A program made the position numbers and the translations under genes. Positions 1 to 12,606 of a stretch of DNA of 64,000 bases are shown here, in pieces. This DNA comes from Stegostoma tigrinum. Taxonomy: Eukaryota. Where the stretch lies: NCBI RefSeq assembly GCF_030684315.1, contig NC_081396.1, positions 5,146,001 to 5,210,000 on the forward strand, given 5' to 3'. The notes beneath the pieces were generated by a model that was given only the letters and a program-made list of their open reading frames with translations, was not told the origin of the DNA and ran no database searches. The stretch's first letter is position 1. Every line of letters begins with the position of its first letter.

Positions 1-116
1 TCTGGTCCACTGGAGCAGTACCAGATGATTGCCGATTGGCAAATGTTATTCACTCGTTCAAGAAAAGGAATTTGGGCAATCCTTGGAATTACGGAGCAGG
101 TAATCTTACTTCTGTG
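1..116 (+). mobile_element. CR1 LINE ORF2 fragment (degenerate)
   Basis: Translates with lesions to VPDD.RLANVI..FKK.N.GNP.NY....LTSV, the typical CR1 pre-RT motif. Confidence 0.75.
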
Positions 117-236
117 ATAATGGGAACTGCAGATGCTGGAGAATCTGAGATAAGGTGTGGAGCTGGATGAACACAGCAGGCCAAGCAGCATCTTCGGAGC
201 ACAGAAACTGACGTTTCGGGCCTAGACCCTTCATCT
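117..236 (-). mobile_element. Penelope-like element terminal repeat with near-complete hammerhead core
   Basis: GGATGAACACAGCAGGCCAAGCAGCATC...CTGACGTTTCGGGCCTAGACCCTTCATC, shared with the 39832 and 51064 elements; the 39832 copy continues into a GIY-YIG ORF. Confidence 0.7.
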
Positions 237-1474
237 ACTTCAACAAGTTTTGGTCTTCAGGTCTTTCACCACGCTTTCCCCCATCCCACACATCAGGTCT
301 TGTTATCATTGAATCAAAGAGTTTTGCAGCATGGAAAAAGTCAATGCCCAACGTAATCACATGCAAGATTAGTTTCACCTGTCCAGTTCTGACCCATATC
401 TGTCCTAACCTCTTGTTCACGTAATTATCAAAATGTTTTTTTAAATGTTGTAATTGTGAACACGCCAACCATTTACGTTGTTACGCAATAATAGTTCCCC
501 TTTCCAGCCATTCATTCTTCTATATTGATCATGACTCCAATTGTCTTTTACTTCCTTTTGGATCCATCTCAACTTATAGTTTATACCTTACACTGGAATC
601 CCTTCGCTAGCTTCTGCATAAAACCAACTGTTTCCTCACTACCACCAGTTCTGAAGAAGGATCGCCGAAGCCAAACATTTGTTTCTCTTTTATCATCATA
701 GATGATGCCAAATCTGTTGTGCATTCTCAGCAATTCCTGTTTTTCTTGTAGAAAAATGTGAATTGGCCCCAGCTACTTATGATGCTTTTGTCTCTAGTTT
801 AAAAGGCACAAAAATTTCGATAGAGCCCTTCTGGTTTTGCTGTTGGTGCTATCAATAATTCCTCATCATTTTAACGTTTGTACAAGAACAACAAATTGCC
901 CTCCCCTGGCCAGGGATGAAACCTAGCTTACAACAGTGCAAGTTCCAAATGCGAACCACTAGGCCACCAGGGAAGATGACACCCTGGCTTGCATCCCTTT
1001 TTAGTGATGCAGCTTTTGATTTCTTTACAAGAATTATTTTCTCCTCTAGGGCAATCAAGTCATCGAGTGTTACAGCGCCAACAAGGCCCTTCAGCCCATC
1101 GTGTAAATGCCAGTCATCACCATGCATCATTTCTCATCTAAGTTACCAGCACAGGGCCCGTAGCCATGTGCATTCTGATGCAGGAGGGCTCATCTAATTA
1201 GTTCTTCACTGTCTTGAGGATTGCAGTGGAAGACAAAGAAAGCTCTTTCAGCCAATGTTAGGAACAGTGGCTGTTCACTGGACCATAAAATCCACAACAA
1301 CCATCTTGAAAGTCTGAAGTCTTTCTCTGTGTTGTTCCTCACTTTTGCAAATGTGTCACTCGGTGTTAGGCTTTCTTTCAATGTCCATGAGCAGCACTTG
1401 GAAAGGTGCATTTGAGCTTACATATATTGCACAAATGTCACTGTCTTTGCAGTGGTGAAGCAAAAAGAGACAAA

Positions 1475-2315
1475 ATAGAATAGAATAGAATGGTCTTCAT
1501 TGCCAAGTGCACTCGACTGAGTTCAGTGAAAAGCTCATGACATTTGATGCCATCCTAATTACAGGATAGCTAGGTACAGATACTTAGGCAATTATTACAG
1601 AGTTGGGAGAGTAAAACTAAAATCAACCGAGAAATACAAAGTTTTTAAAAATACTCAAATTACTCAAAGTCCAGAATAAGATTAAACACATCGTTAAAAA
1701 TTGCACATGAAACATTTGTTAACTCTGAGTCCATGCCAGCCCGACTTCATAACTGGAGGCTTTGCTGCATCCCCGCACTGGTCTATTTCGAGAAACCCGC
1801 TACCAGGGCACGTCCATCTGTGCCAGCCTGGATTCAGACTTCCTCCCAGGTCAGACTCTGGCCCGAGGCTTCACCAACAGGACTTGCCTGTGGCACTTGT
1901 CATCTATGCAGGCCAGGGTCCTGGCTCGGACTGCCTTCTGCGCTGGGCTGTGTCCCTCGTCTTGCTTCCAGGACTCATCTCTCAGTCTGCCCTGTGCTAG
2001 GAGTGCCTCCTGTGTCAGGTTCCGCCTAACGATTGACCTTTGGGTCCACCTCCTAGGCCGGCTTAGACTGAGTCTGCCTCTCGACAGGCTCTTGCCCGCT
2101 TCTCATTTCAAGGATTTTCCTCCCATGCTGGCATGGTCATTGAGTCGACTCAAATAGCGGGATTGCCTACTACATTCTGCATTTCCTTGGGGTAAGTTTA
2201 AGGAGTTGGAAGTTGGTGAGGGTGAGGGGAAGAGAAAACTGGAAAAAAAAAGGATAAATAAGAAAGATAAAGGAAAAAGAACTGACAAAGCAGAGGATCT
2301 CCAGCTGGAGCGCCG
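1475..2315 (-). mobile_element. probable non-autonomous non-LTR retroelement
   Basis: (TAGAA)n tail at 1475-1491, GC-rich body, abrupt end against a V fragment; family not recognised. Confidence 0.35.
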
Positions 2316-2415
2316 CACACAAAGTCGTTCAGGAAAAATCCGAGATACTTCCTGAAAATGTATGTCACTGGGATTGAAGAGGAACCTTCAGATGCAGCAA
2401 AAAGGTTCTCTGTGG
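2316..2415 (+). pseudogene. TCR V fragment (FR2-CDR2-FR3), paralog of V1
   Basis: Reads RKNPRYFLKMYVTGIEEEPSDAAKRFSV and aligns with 3285-3375 and 17475-17565. Confidence 0.7.
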
Positions 2416-2975
2416 TGATCTTCCACTGAAATCTTGATTTGCACCAAATACGTTTCCTCTTTGATTCTGAAGAAGGGTCACTGCACTCTAAACGTTGTCT
2501 CTGCTTTACTTTCACAGATAAGGCCAGATCGATTAATTTTCTCCAGCAATTTCTGTTTTATTTCAGATTTAAAATAGACACCTTTTTTCTTTAATTCAAC
2601 CTGATGTGGTGTTATTGATTAAAGATTTGAAACACTTATGTTCGTTGATTTTTGTGTTTCTTTCCCCCCAGAATCCACACCGTCATGAAAAGCTGGAAGG
2701 AGTGACAGACAATTGTGCGGGCAGTGACAGACATGAATGGTTGATAAAATGATTCGATTGCCTGAAAAAATCATTGAGAAATGGAAAGATTAGGTAAAGT
2801 AATTTTATGCAACTGTCATTGATTGGAGAATAACTGTTATTGTTTCTGATAAAGCAACAAATCCTGAACCTGAAAAACTCTGTGCACGTTCTCGTTTGGC
2901 AAGTCTGATCCTGAACTGAATTGACATATGGAGCACCATCAGCATTACTTTCTCTAAAATGTCCCACCTAACATC

Positions 2976-3502
2976 ATGTCTTCCCTGTGTACTTTCTTCA
3001 TTTTAGCAGTCTTCCAGTCTGTTGAATCTGTGGTGAAATAGTTAATATATCATACAGGAATTGTACATTCTTTCTGTGTTTTCCCATGGTTTGTCAGCTC
3101 AGCTTGCACAATCCTGGGCATCACGAGGCAATTTAGCACGATGCATTTGTGTTATAGCATTGGGTGGCCAGGATTTGGTGCAACAGGATTTATCTGAATT
3201 AGCGATTCTAGAATCTCAGAGAGTGATACTCGAGTGTAAGTACACACAGCTGCCCTTCTCTTGATTCTGTTCTGGTACACAAATCAACCCAGGAAAAATA
3301 CAAGATATTTTTGGAAGATGTAGGTCAGAATGGTTGAAGAGAAAACTTTAGGAGTAGCAAACAGGCTGTCTGCTGATTTAAATAAAAAGAACAAAACGGT
3401 TCCTTTACGTACCTTTGTGGTCTTTCTGTCCAACAGCATGGTGTACTTCTGTGTCATGAGGGACAAATTGATACAGAGATATGTCGATCATTTCCAAAAA
3501 CA
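2976..3502 (+). pseudogene. TRAV/TRDV-like V pseudogene (V1a)
   Basis: Leader-like MSSLCTFFILAVF at 2976; exon 3158-3463 ALGGQDLVQQ..VILECKY../LFWY../..VYFCVMRD with frameshifts and a stop; RSS CAAATTG-23-CCAAAAACA (3464-3502). Confidence 0.85.
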
Positions 3503-3533
3503 CCCTCCTCCGCACCGAGAGTTCCAGTAGTGT

Positions 3534-3547
3534 CCAGCAGAGGGTGC
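3534..3547 (+). promoter_or_regulatory. CTCF-like motif just 3' of the V1a RSS
   Basis: CCAGCAGAGGGTGC vs core CCASYAGRKGGCR; paralog CCAGTAGAGGGTGG at 17695-17708. Confidence 0.5.
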
Positions 3548-3639
3548 ACTCACGCCAGTAAAAAGAAGCAATTATTTCACCTCCGCAGACTCCTTCGGTG
3601 AAAAATTGTAGGCCCCCGATGGTGTGAAAATAGGACATT

Positions 3640-3925
3640 CAGTCCACCGAGTCCTCGCCAACCCCCAAGTAGCAGCTCAACCAAATGAACCCTTCCCCCG
3701 TGTTTTCCCAGTCAAATTCAGATGGATTTGTCATGCCCAGGCAAATCAGGATGGTCAATCCACCCAACCTGCCCAATTTTGGACTGTGGTAAGAAGCAGG
3801 GGTATCCACGGGAAACCCACCGTGATGTTGTCCAACTCCACACAGATAGTCGCTCTAGGCTGGAATTTTACCTGGGTTACTAGCGCTGTCGGCAGCAGTG
3901 TTCGCCACTGAGCTACCATGCCACC
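3640..3925 (-). mobile_element. HE1/V-SINE-like tRNA-derived SINE
   Basis: CAATCCACCCAACCTGC..TTTGGACTGTGG..AACTCCACACAGA..CCACTGAGCTACC; paralog ~17800-18066. Confidence 0.7.
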
Positions 3926-4044
3926 CGAAGGGCATACGAAATCACAACAATGATCAATGGAAGTTGATGATGACCGATGGACTAATATTACTTTATTCCA
4001 ACTCATGCATTCACTGGAACTGGCATTTGTAAATGTATTTACAG

Positions 4045-4310
4045 AACAGAAATCATATAATCCCTCCAGTATTGAAGCAGGCCATTCGGCCCATCTCGAC
4101 AACACCACGCCTCCAAAGAACATCCTACCCCACCCCTGTAACCCTGCATTTCACATGGGTTGCCAATTTAGCTTCCACAATCATGGACATCGCGAAGCAA
4201 TTTAGCGTGACACATCCACCTAAACTGCATATCTTTAGATTGCAGGTGGAAACCAGCATGCCTGGGAGATACCCACACTGCCACGGGGCGAATGTGTAAA
4301 CTTTACATAC
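4045..4310 (-). mobile_element. HE1/V-SINE-like SINE (5'-truncated)
   Basis: GGCCATTCGGCCCATC..GCAATTTAGC..ATCCACCTAAACTGCATATCTTT; paralog ~18190-18440. Confidence 0.65.
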
Positions 4311-5161
4311 TTGATGACTTTTTTTTCTGTTGGAACAGTTTCTCTGTGTATAATGTTTGTCAACCTTTTCATATCTTAGCTGTCATTTACCTCCAACCGA
4401 GTACAGTGGTCTCTTCATTGGATCAATTTAATGGGGCTCTATCGGTTATTCATCCACTAGTAATGTATAATGAGTATATTTTTCAAAGGACTGACACCGA
4501 TCTTTAAAATCAACCCCAAAGAAAGAGCCCCTCAACGTCAATTGCACCTGGATGTTCATCCAACAATGCTGTGTATTCAGTTTTCAGGAACAATCCCGGA
4601 CAATTATTCCCAACTCCCACCAAACAAAAACAAACCTGATCCATTCCAAATGGACAATCTCCACTACGCGTGCTGGTTCACAAATGCTCTCTCAGCTTCA
4701 CAAATGCCATCCATTACACAACCGTGTCTCTCTGCACAATGTGACAAAGGTCACCTGGCCTATTTCTAGTGACAAGTTTATCAAAGCCAAACGCATCAAC
4801 AAGCTCATTCTGATTTGTGACTGTGAAGAAAATAAACAAAAGATCTTCATCTACATTGCCCCTGTATTTCTTTGAGTTGAATACTTCAGACGAAGGAGCA
4901 GGCCGTCAGATTTATTCGAGGGCAGGTTGTCTCTATTTACCCGGTTTTTCGCTGTTCAGTAGAATGTGAGGTTAATGTCAGAAGCACTGGGACACGAATG
5001 ACGCTGAACCAATCATATGCAACGTTTGTCGCTACTTGCTGTGATGGTGTAGATATCAGGCCATTCTCAGCGAATGATCTCGTTTTTTTTTCTCTCTCTC
5101 TTATTCTTACTTTTCAGATTTATGTGATACAAACAAATCCCCACGAACCACATCAACAGTG

Positions 5162-6297
5162 ATGCACTTCTCTATTTTCACGCTAATCTCGGTGACATTC
5201 ATCGTCAGCAAGAAATTTAAGGCTGAAGGGAAGCGTTTGAGTTCTCTGTTAATAAGCGTGAGCCAACTCAGTATTTTATTCAATAACTATTAAACTCTGG
5301 CTGCGTTATACTTGAGCTATTGTGAACCGATTTACGTCATACTTTGCAAGAAGGAGAATGGAACTCAAACATAAAAAGAAGAACTCAATGATGAACCCAA
5401 TATTCAGAGGTAATCGCATTTAAAACTTTGACGCACACTGCGATGCTTCATTTGAGTCATATAACGATACGAAAGGAATAGAAAAATGTAATCACGGTTT
5501 TGCTTTAGAATATGGAAATCACTGTGTTAAGGATTGTTTGAGTCAGACCGTGACGTCATGAAGGGGGCGTCAGTTAACGAGATGAGAAAGAAATGGAAAG
5601 ATGAACAAACAGCTAAAACTAGAGCAACTGCATAATGGATTCTCATGTGGCTTGTTAACAAGGATTTTGCCCAGTTTTTCTGAAGTCTGTTTTATGTTCA
5701 AATGTAAAGCAGATATTGCAGGGAATGTTTAATGTCTGATAACGTCTCGCAGAGAAAACGGAACTAAAACAGTTTAGTGTCCTTGTTTAAAACTGAGTTC
5801 GCCGGCATACGGAGTACTTTGCACTATTTTTTTCAAGTCGTGTACACATTCCTGTCTCATTTCATGGAAGTGCAAGTATTTTTATTTCCAATCAATTCGA
5901 ACTTTCAACGGAAATTTCAATCAATTGCTTATGCTTTGTCTAACCTTGTGTTCCAGATTTGAGCGATGGAGTTTGTGCTACTCAGAGGGAGCCCTCACAC
6001 ACAAACAAAGGGAGAAGATGTCACTTTAACATGCATCTACTGAGATAGTGCTTATTACTTGTTCTGGAATCGTCAGTACTCTGGCTGTCAGCCCGAGTTC
6101 GCAGTCCAGTGGCTTGAGGGCGGCAGTGCTGAATTTAAGGAAGATTTTGCTCAGAAGCGGTTTTCTGGTACAGTCCAGCAGTTAGAAAAGTTGTACCAAT
6201 TAACGATCTCAGAGGTGCTGCTGTCTGACAAGGCAGTCTATGACTGTGCAACAACCCCCACAGTGACAGGAAGGAACGAAGACCACGTGCAACAACT
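5162..6297 (+). pseudogene. TRAV/TRDV-like V pseudogene (V2a)
   Basis: Leader MHFSIFTLISVTFIV 5162-5207 with GC donor; exon 5957-6258 with frameshift and TGA, GEDVTLTC..YYLFWNRQ..LSDKAVYDCA; RSS CACAGTG-23-GCAACAACT (6259-6297). Confidence 0.88.
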
Positions 6298-7269
6298 GCT
6301 GCACTTTTCCGGGTCGCAGCTGCCGCCTGTTCAGGGACATTTAAAACTCGCTTTCACACGCTGACACTTCTATACGTCCCTCTGCGGGCAAAAATCCGCA
6401 CAAACATCAGTTAAAATCGTTCGCATCGATTATTGATTCTGATGGTGACACCAACCATGTAAAGGAGCAAACGATGTTGATGTGGTGAAATCCGGGAACT
6501 GGCAACAGCAATGGAAAAAGCAAATGCTTCAGTTGGAACGCGATATGCCTCCATCTGGCAGTTTCTGAAAGACCACTCTGCAAAGTAATAATCAGCTTTT
6601 TATTTGAAATATAAATTTGCAGTAGCCACTGAAGCCTACCCAGTGAAAGACCTAAGAATTGTTATAATCTGATTACAGGTGCCTCATTTTCTAAAACACA
6701 AAAATGCTACACATATTAATACTAATCATCTATAATACCAGCAGGCGCAACGAAAAAGTCGTCATGATAGAGTTAGAATCTAATGAGAAGGGATCAATAC
6801 AAAAACACAGGCCTGATACTCTCCAGGTTCCCAAACGGCTACTCAATGATCAGAAACCAGGCCGAGGTCAAAAGCCAATTTGAAATCTTGTCAAATAGGT
6901 TGAAGGAATTGCTTTTGGAAATGCCAATGCTCCAGATAAGTCTGTCAGTGTTGTTGTCGTTTTAGAACGCTTCCCGCAGTGTCCTGTAGCTGTTGTTTTG
7001 TGCAATTTCCTGACTGGTTGGAAAACAATGCCAGATATTATAGAATCGACAGCGATTCGATTGTCATGACTTTAATTTGTTTGGCATAAATTCTTGAATT
7101 ACATATTTGCATTTGATTTCAAAATGTAATCAAATTGAAGTGAGGAGAGGAAATCTGGCCCGCAGCTTGTTAATTACTTTTGTTTGTTTGACCTCTGCGC
7201 ATTCTGGTATATTTAGGAATTAAATCCTACTCTCGACTTTACCAGGCGTACTTCGTAACAGCAGAATGA

Positions 7270-7308
7270 TGTTTATGTACGGGCTGCTTTCTTGTTCGAG
7301 TCAATGTG
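7270..7308 (-). other. 23-RSS of V3a
   Basis: CACATTG + 23 nt + ACATAAACA. Confidence 0.85.
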
Positions 7309-7846
7309 TGTCTCAGCCCACAGTAATACACCGCGCTGTCAGACAGCTGGAGCTCATCAATGGTGAAATTCCCTTCTGTTTTCGAAGTCTCCAGAGCTGC
7401 AGAAAATCTAACGCCAACGCCATTTGCTCTGACGATATTTCCATATTTATGTATGTAGAGCAAGAATGTTGGCGATTTACCCGGGTCCTGACGATACAAT
7501 TGCAAAGAAAATGAACTATCGCTGGTCGAATACATGAAACGAATGGACACAGAATCTCCTTCAGTTCGTATCACTGTAACCGGCTCCTGTGAGACTGAGT
7601 CTGCACATTCAACGCCTGCAAAAAAAAGGAAAGGCAATGATAAAAAAAGGAAAGGCAATGGTGTAAAAAGGACAATTATTATCAATGTTACAAAATTAAG
7701 GGCGTCTATATTTTAATGCAGGGAAACGCGGGCAAAGGAATGTTTGGTCTTCCCAGCTTGCATGCAAGTGAACATTTTCGATTCAGAAAATTACCAGTTA
7801 AGAGAAATGTGGCAGTTAGGAATGAGTAGAAAGTAAGAGCCGACAT
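7309..7846 (-). CDS. TCR alpha/delta V segment (V3a): open ORF but Cys23->Phe and Trp41->Leu; leader 7795-7846, V exon 7309-7615
   Basis: Leader MSALTFYSFLTATFLLT + GT donor, AG acceptor, ADSVSQ...LSDSAVYYCGLR, followed by an RSS. Confidence 0.85.
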
Positions 7847-10439
7847 GTTTATAATGATGAGTTTTAAAAGAGGGAGCTAAAGCTGAACTGTTTCAGTTCA
7901 GAGCTGATGGTGGATTTGAAGTTAAATTGCTTCAGCTTAGTTTTCGGAAGATGTCAAGTCATATCCGGATTCACTGCTGATTGGTTCATTTCTGAAAGAG
8001 ACACCACTGGACGTCTAATCAGCTCACCACTACTTTGTTTTGGAATCAATAACGTCAGTAAACTAGTCGCAGAAACACAGAATCGGACGATCAGAAGGTC
8101 ACTTGGCCCCTTAAACCGGCTCTGCCATTAAATCGGACCATTTGTGATCTCTGATGCATCCATCCTCCTGCATAATCTCGGATTCCCTTTCCCGTTAAGG
8201 GCATTCATTTCTCTATCGACATAAACTGTCTGCTCCATGTGGTATAACAGAATAATGACTTGGACGTTAACTCTGATCCGCGTTTTAAAATGTATCGATC
8301 CTTGAGTTTGGCCATTGATAGGTGAGAGTAAATGTTTTTTGCAGTTTCGATGAAAAGTGTTATACGATAAACATTAGACACAGAGGCTATAGACAAGAAT
8401 TTTAAACAGATTGCAACACAGAGAGAGAGAAAAAAATCTTTGAAAAGCTGGTCTTTCAGAGTTTTGAAGGCATGTACGACTGAAAATGGAGGTTACTTAC
8501 CCGGCTAAGTGAGGGGGTATGCTAAGAGTCTCTTTGGGGTTTTATTTTACAGACTGACTGTGCTTGTATCACAGTGTGGGCATTAATGCATTGCAATGCG
8601 TGGTAGAGACAGACAGGAGCCCCGGCGATATTTACTAAAACTGTTTCTTGTCTTCTTCGAACTTCGTGCAAAACAAGTCAGAAAACCCCAGAAACATATT
8701 TCCCTTTCCCTTGCCGAATTTCCTCAATACATATCTCAGAGTGTCTCCGGGATATTGAATACACCAGAAGAAAAGTTGGTTCACTGTATTTTTTTGTGAA
8801 GATGTAATTCAGTTTTGGCGAATGTCATTCATGAACTTTCAACAGAAATGGATCTTAGGAAACTGAATCCCGTCTACACGTTCCTGTAACAAACATTGTC
8901 AAAAATACATGTGATTAAAAACATTAAAACACATAAACACCTGAAAAATATTTCACATGTACATTGGCACTTTTCTGATGATTAATAGTAAGCCAGAACA
9001 GAGGCAGGCTTCACACACTGGCACATGGCAACATTAATTCAGTGTTCAGTTTGATAATATTCTGAATGTTCAGACATTTGTAAAAGCTATAAATGGCCGA
9101 GCAACACCGTGCTTTAAACAGCGAAGTTGTTATGAATCTATAACATATTGTCCCAAGGAAACAGGTGCAACGGAACAAATCTTGACTGTTGTCAACATTA
9201 AGACAGTAGACAATAAGACAGCTTCTTTGCTGAAATAAACAGATATACGTTTCGTCCCTGATCACTGATTATTGGGCACTACAGTCATTGGAGAAATTTT
9301 CGAAACAACTTTTCAGAGACCTGGTCACGCACCCTCAGAAGAGGTGAGGCTTCAATGCAGTCTCCGTTTGCACGATTAGAACACTTCATCGGAGACACAT
9401 ATTAATAAATCAGAGTACATTCATCTGCCCTGATGGAAAAATTCAGAAGTGCATTTTCTCCATATAGGCAACAATCACTGAATCAGGACAATGCAGGCCC
9501 TCCACACAGCCAGCAGCATCTGCTAAGAATATCTAGAGTGAGAGTGAAATCAAACATATTCTTTCATATGGTACTATCCAGATTCTCAATACATTGCCAA
9601 TTTTGTTAATAATTGCAAGACATATTCCCGATTAACCAAGCAGCGAAGACATTTTATATCTCTTCCTGCACCTCGGTGCATTCCAAGCAGCAGTACAACT
9701 GCCAAACAGACATTAACTGCTCAAAGTTCTCAAAACAATTCTGTTTCAATGGCAAATCTAGTGGTTACACAGTATCAAGTTCCTGTTGTGAAAGAACAAT
9801 CAAAACTGTGCTCAGAAAGGGCAGCGTTTCTACCTTACATGAACGAGGACAGGAAAAATAATTCTAAATTTCAAGAAGTATAAATTTCAACTACAGGAGA
9901 ACACCAATTTCGATTTCACTCCATTAGCTGTTTAGACTGATGATCAGCTGATTACTTAGCTGATTGGATATTGCTTTGAGTCTCTGCCAGTGGAAATAGG
10001 GAGATCAGTTACATCTTCCTAAGACTTGACAGACAGCTATTTCAGTTGGAACACTTTTCTCTTCAAATCTTCTGAGTAAACATGTCGGGGTACATTTTTA
10101 CTTTTTACAAGCTATGACAAAGCGTCACATCGACTTGAAACTTTAGCTTGCTCTCTCTCCACAATTGCTGCCTGGTCCACTGTGATTTCCAGCATTTTAT
10201 ATTTTGATCTGTTTTACTTAATCGTCACCTCTTTGTTTATATTATCTGGTAAATTCCAAAGTTATATTTTCTCAGATAGTCTATTTAATTGGAAGCCTGA
10301 AATATTAACACGTTGATTTGAAATGAAGGAATCTATGTTGATGACTTCTGGCCCAATGTCTTATTCGCAACATGTAACCAGATTACTTATGTGAAAACAA
10401 GCATTTTGACAAAACATTAAGACGAAAAGTTCCAGCTTG

Positions 10440-11440
10440 ACATAGATGTTGGTGTGTTCGCCGAGCTGGGGAGTTCGATAGCAGAAGTTTCTTCCCCTTA
10501 CAAGGTGACATCCTCAGTGCTATGGAACTTCCTGTGAAGAGCCGTTCGTGCCAGTTCGACTTTACACAGTCTGATTTTTGCTGCTTCCAGCGGATGCCAG
10601 TTCTGGCTGTGCATTGTAATGTTCGCTATATCGGGTCTAATTCAGAGTGTTTGTTGATGGAGTCAGTGGATGATATCAAAGCCAACAACAATGCCCTCGT
10701 TGTCCTCCATTTGACTTGTCCAATGGTAGTACTATCCCAGTCGAAAGTGTGGTTTTTCTCGTCTTTGTGTATTGAAACTGAGGACATCTTATCTCGTCAT
10801 TTAGTTGTTCACTGGTGTTCATGAATGTGGGTTTCTTTTTGCCTGTTTGTCCTACTTAGTGTTTTTTGTGGTCTCGGCATGGTATCTGCAGACCACATTA
10901 GTCCTGTCCATGAGATACATTAGGTCTTTAACTCTGTCAGTTACTGTGTGGCTGCTGTTTTCTGTGCTGCCATGATTCCTAACACTTTGAACATAGAACA
11001 TAGAACATAACAGCACAGTACAGGCTCTTCGGCCCTCGATGTTGTGCTGACCTGTCATACCAATCTCAAGCCCATCTAACCTACACTAGTAGTCTGGCTG
11101 TCAGTTCTGAGATGTTTCTTTTTCTAATATATGGAATATTGGCTATTGTTTTGGGTTTTGGTATGTCCTGGTTGCATTGTCTGTTGGTTGGCATCTGTGA
11201 ATGAAGCTGCCAGGCTATACCAAACACTTCAAAGCACAGCCGGAACAGGCACCCATAGGAAGCAGGAAAAACCACACCATTTAAATTCCAACCGGTAGAA
11301 GGCAATAGCGCTCCAAAGATGCTCCAAAACACAGACGACGTTACCTAGTAAGTGGATGAAATGTCTGCTACCAAACATCCGAGCATGGTGAAAACACTAA
11401 CAGTACAACCATCGAACAAGCTACCAATCTTCACTCAAAC
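10440..11440. mobile_element. Old Penelope-like element with inverted ends; CR1-type 3' tail inserted at ~10990-11090
   Basis: Minus strand reads GIY-YIG-type HEHQ..TKR.D...FDWDSTTIGQ..REF; degenerate hammerhead-bearing ends on both sides; (CATAGAA)n CR1 tail. Confidence 0.65.
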
Positions 11441-11787
11441 TCCGATTGGCAGCTCATGTTTAGCACTTTGGTTTCAATTCTTTCATTTAAAAGACACAGG
11501 ACTCATTAACCTACTAATAATCCACAAATGTCCTCTACCCTACATCAGGTGTTGGTGAAGATCTAATCCCATTCGAACGCACTGGAAGTTCGATGAAACA
11601 ATTTGAATGAATCATATGATGCTCTGCCTTTTTGCAGCAGTGCATAATGTGACATTACTTCTATTTTTCCTGACACACATTCCTATTTATGAAATTTGTA
11701 AATGGTGTGTCAAAAATATTCGGCTTGAAAGAATCACAGTGGAATATACTTTATCTTCTCTCGACACAGCATGTACTACTCTTTAGA

Positions 11788-11995
11788 TAACAAGTTGTGG
11801 AGCTGGATGAACACAACGGGCCAGGCAGCATTAGAGGTGCAGGAAAACAGACGTTTCGGGCCTGGACCCTGAAGAAAGTTCCAGACCCGAAACATCAGCT
11901 TTCCTTCTCCTCTGTGCTGCTTGGTCTGCTGTGTTCATGCAGCACCACATCTTGTTAACTCAGACTCCAGCATCGGCAGTTCTTACGATCCCTGA
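11788..11995. mobile_element. Small inverted pair of Penelope terminal repeats
   Basis: GGATGAACAC..GACGTTTCGGGCCTGGACCC followed by its reverse complement CCCGAAACATCAGC..GTGTTCATGC. Confidence 0.6.
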
Positions 11996-12566
11996 TGTTC
12001 TCTTTGGAGCCTTATTACAATCACTTCTTCACACAGTTGATTCTGTTGGATATCAAACAGAGCCCATTCTGTATTTCAATTGTGAAACTTCCATGCAATC
12101 AATATATCAAGCAATTATTGCAGAAGCAACACAAACTCAGACAGAATTCCCTGAGATTATTATCTCTGGTGTTTGTTTTGATGAATTCTCTCAAATCTGT
12201 GGATAGAGGAGTGAGGCATCTCACTTATTGTCGTTATTCAGTCTGCCGTTCCTGTTAATCGGAAGCAACTGTTTCAGAGATAACGTACCAAGCAGCAGGA
12301 TTTCGATTTATAAAATGTTAAAAGAACCCCAGTGAAATGAAATTCCATGGTTATGGATAAAAGTCACTGAATAGTGGAACGAGAATTGAAGATACTGGAC
12401 AAGTTTGTTGGGGGAAAATCGGAAGCATTTAAAAAAAAGAGTAAACAGCTGTTTCTCTCGCTGTAAGACTCTGCTCTGTGACTCATTTTCTAGAGCTGAA
12501 TTGTTTTGTTTTTTGATCCTTTGCATCAAAGCCCCTTCCAGTGAGCTCTGGCTGACGCTCTCAGTG

Positions 12567-12606
12567 AGTTTTTGTAGGGGCCGTGCTATAACATTTCATC
12601 GGTGTG
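12567..12606 (-). other. RSS of V4a (24-nt spacer, variant heptamer)
   Basis: CACACCG + 24 nt + ACAAAAACT. Confidence 0.8.
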
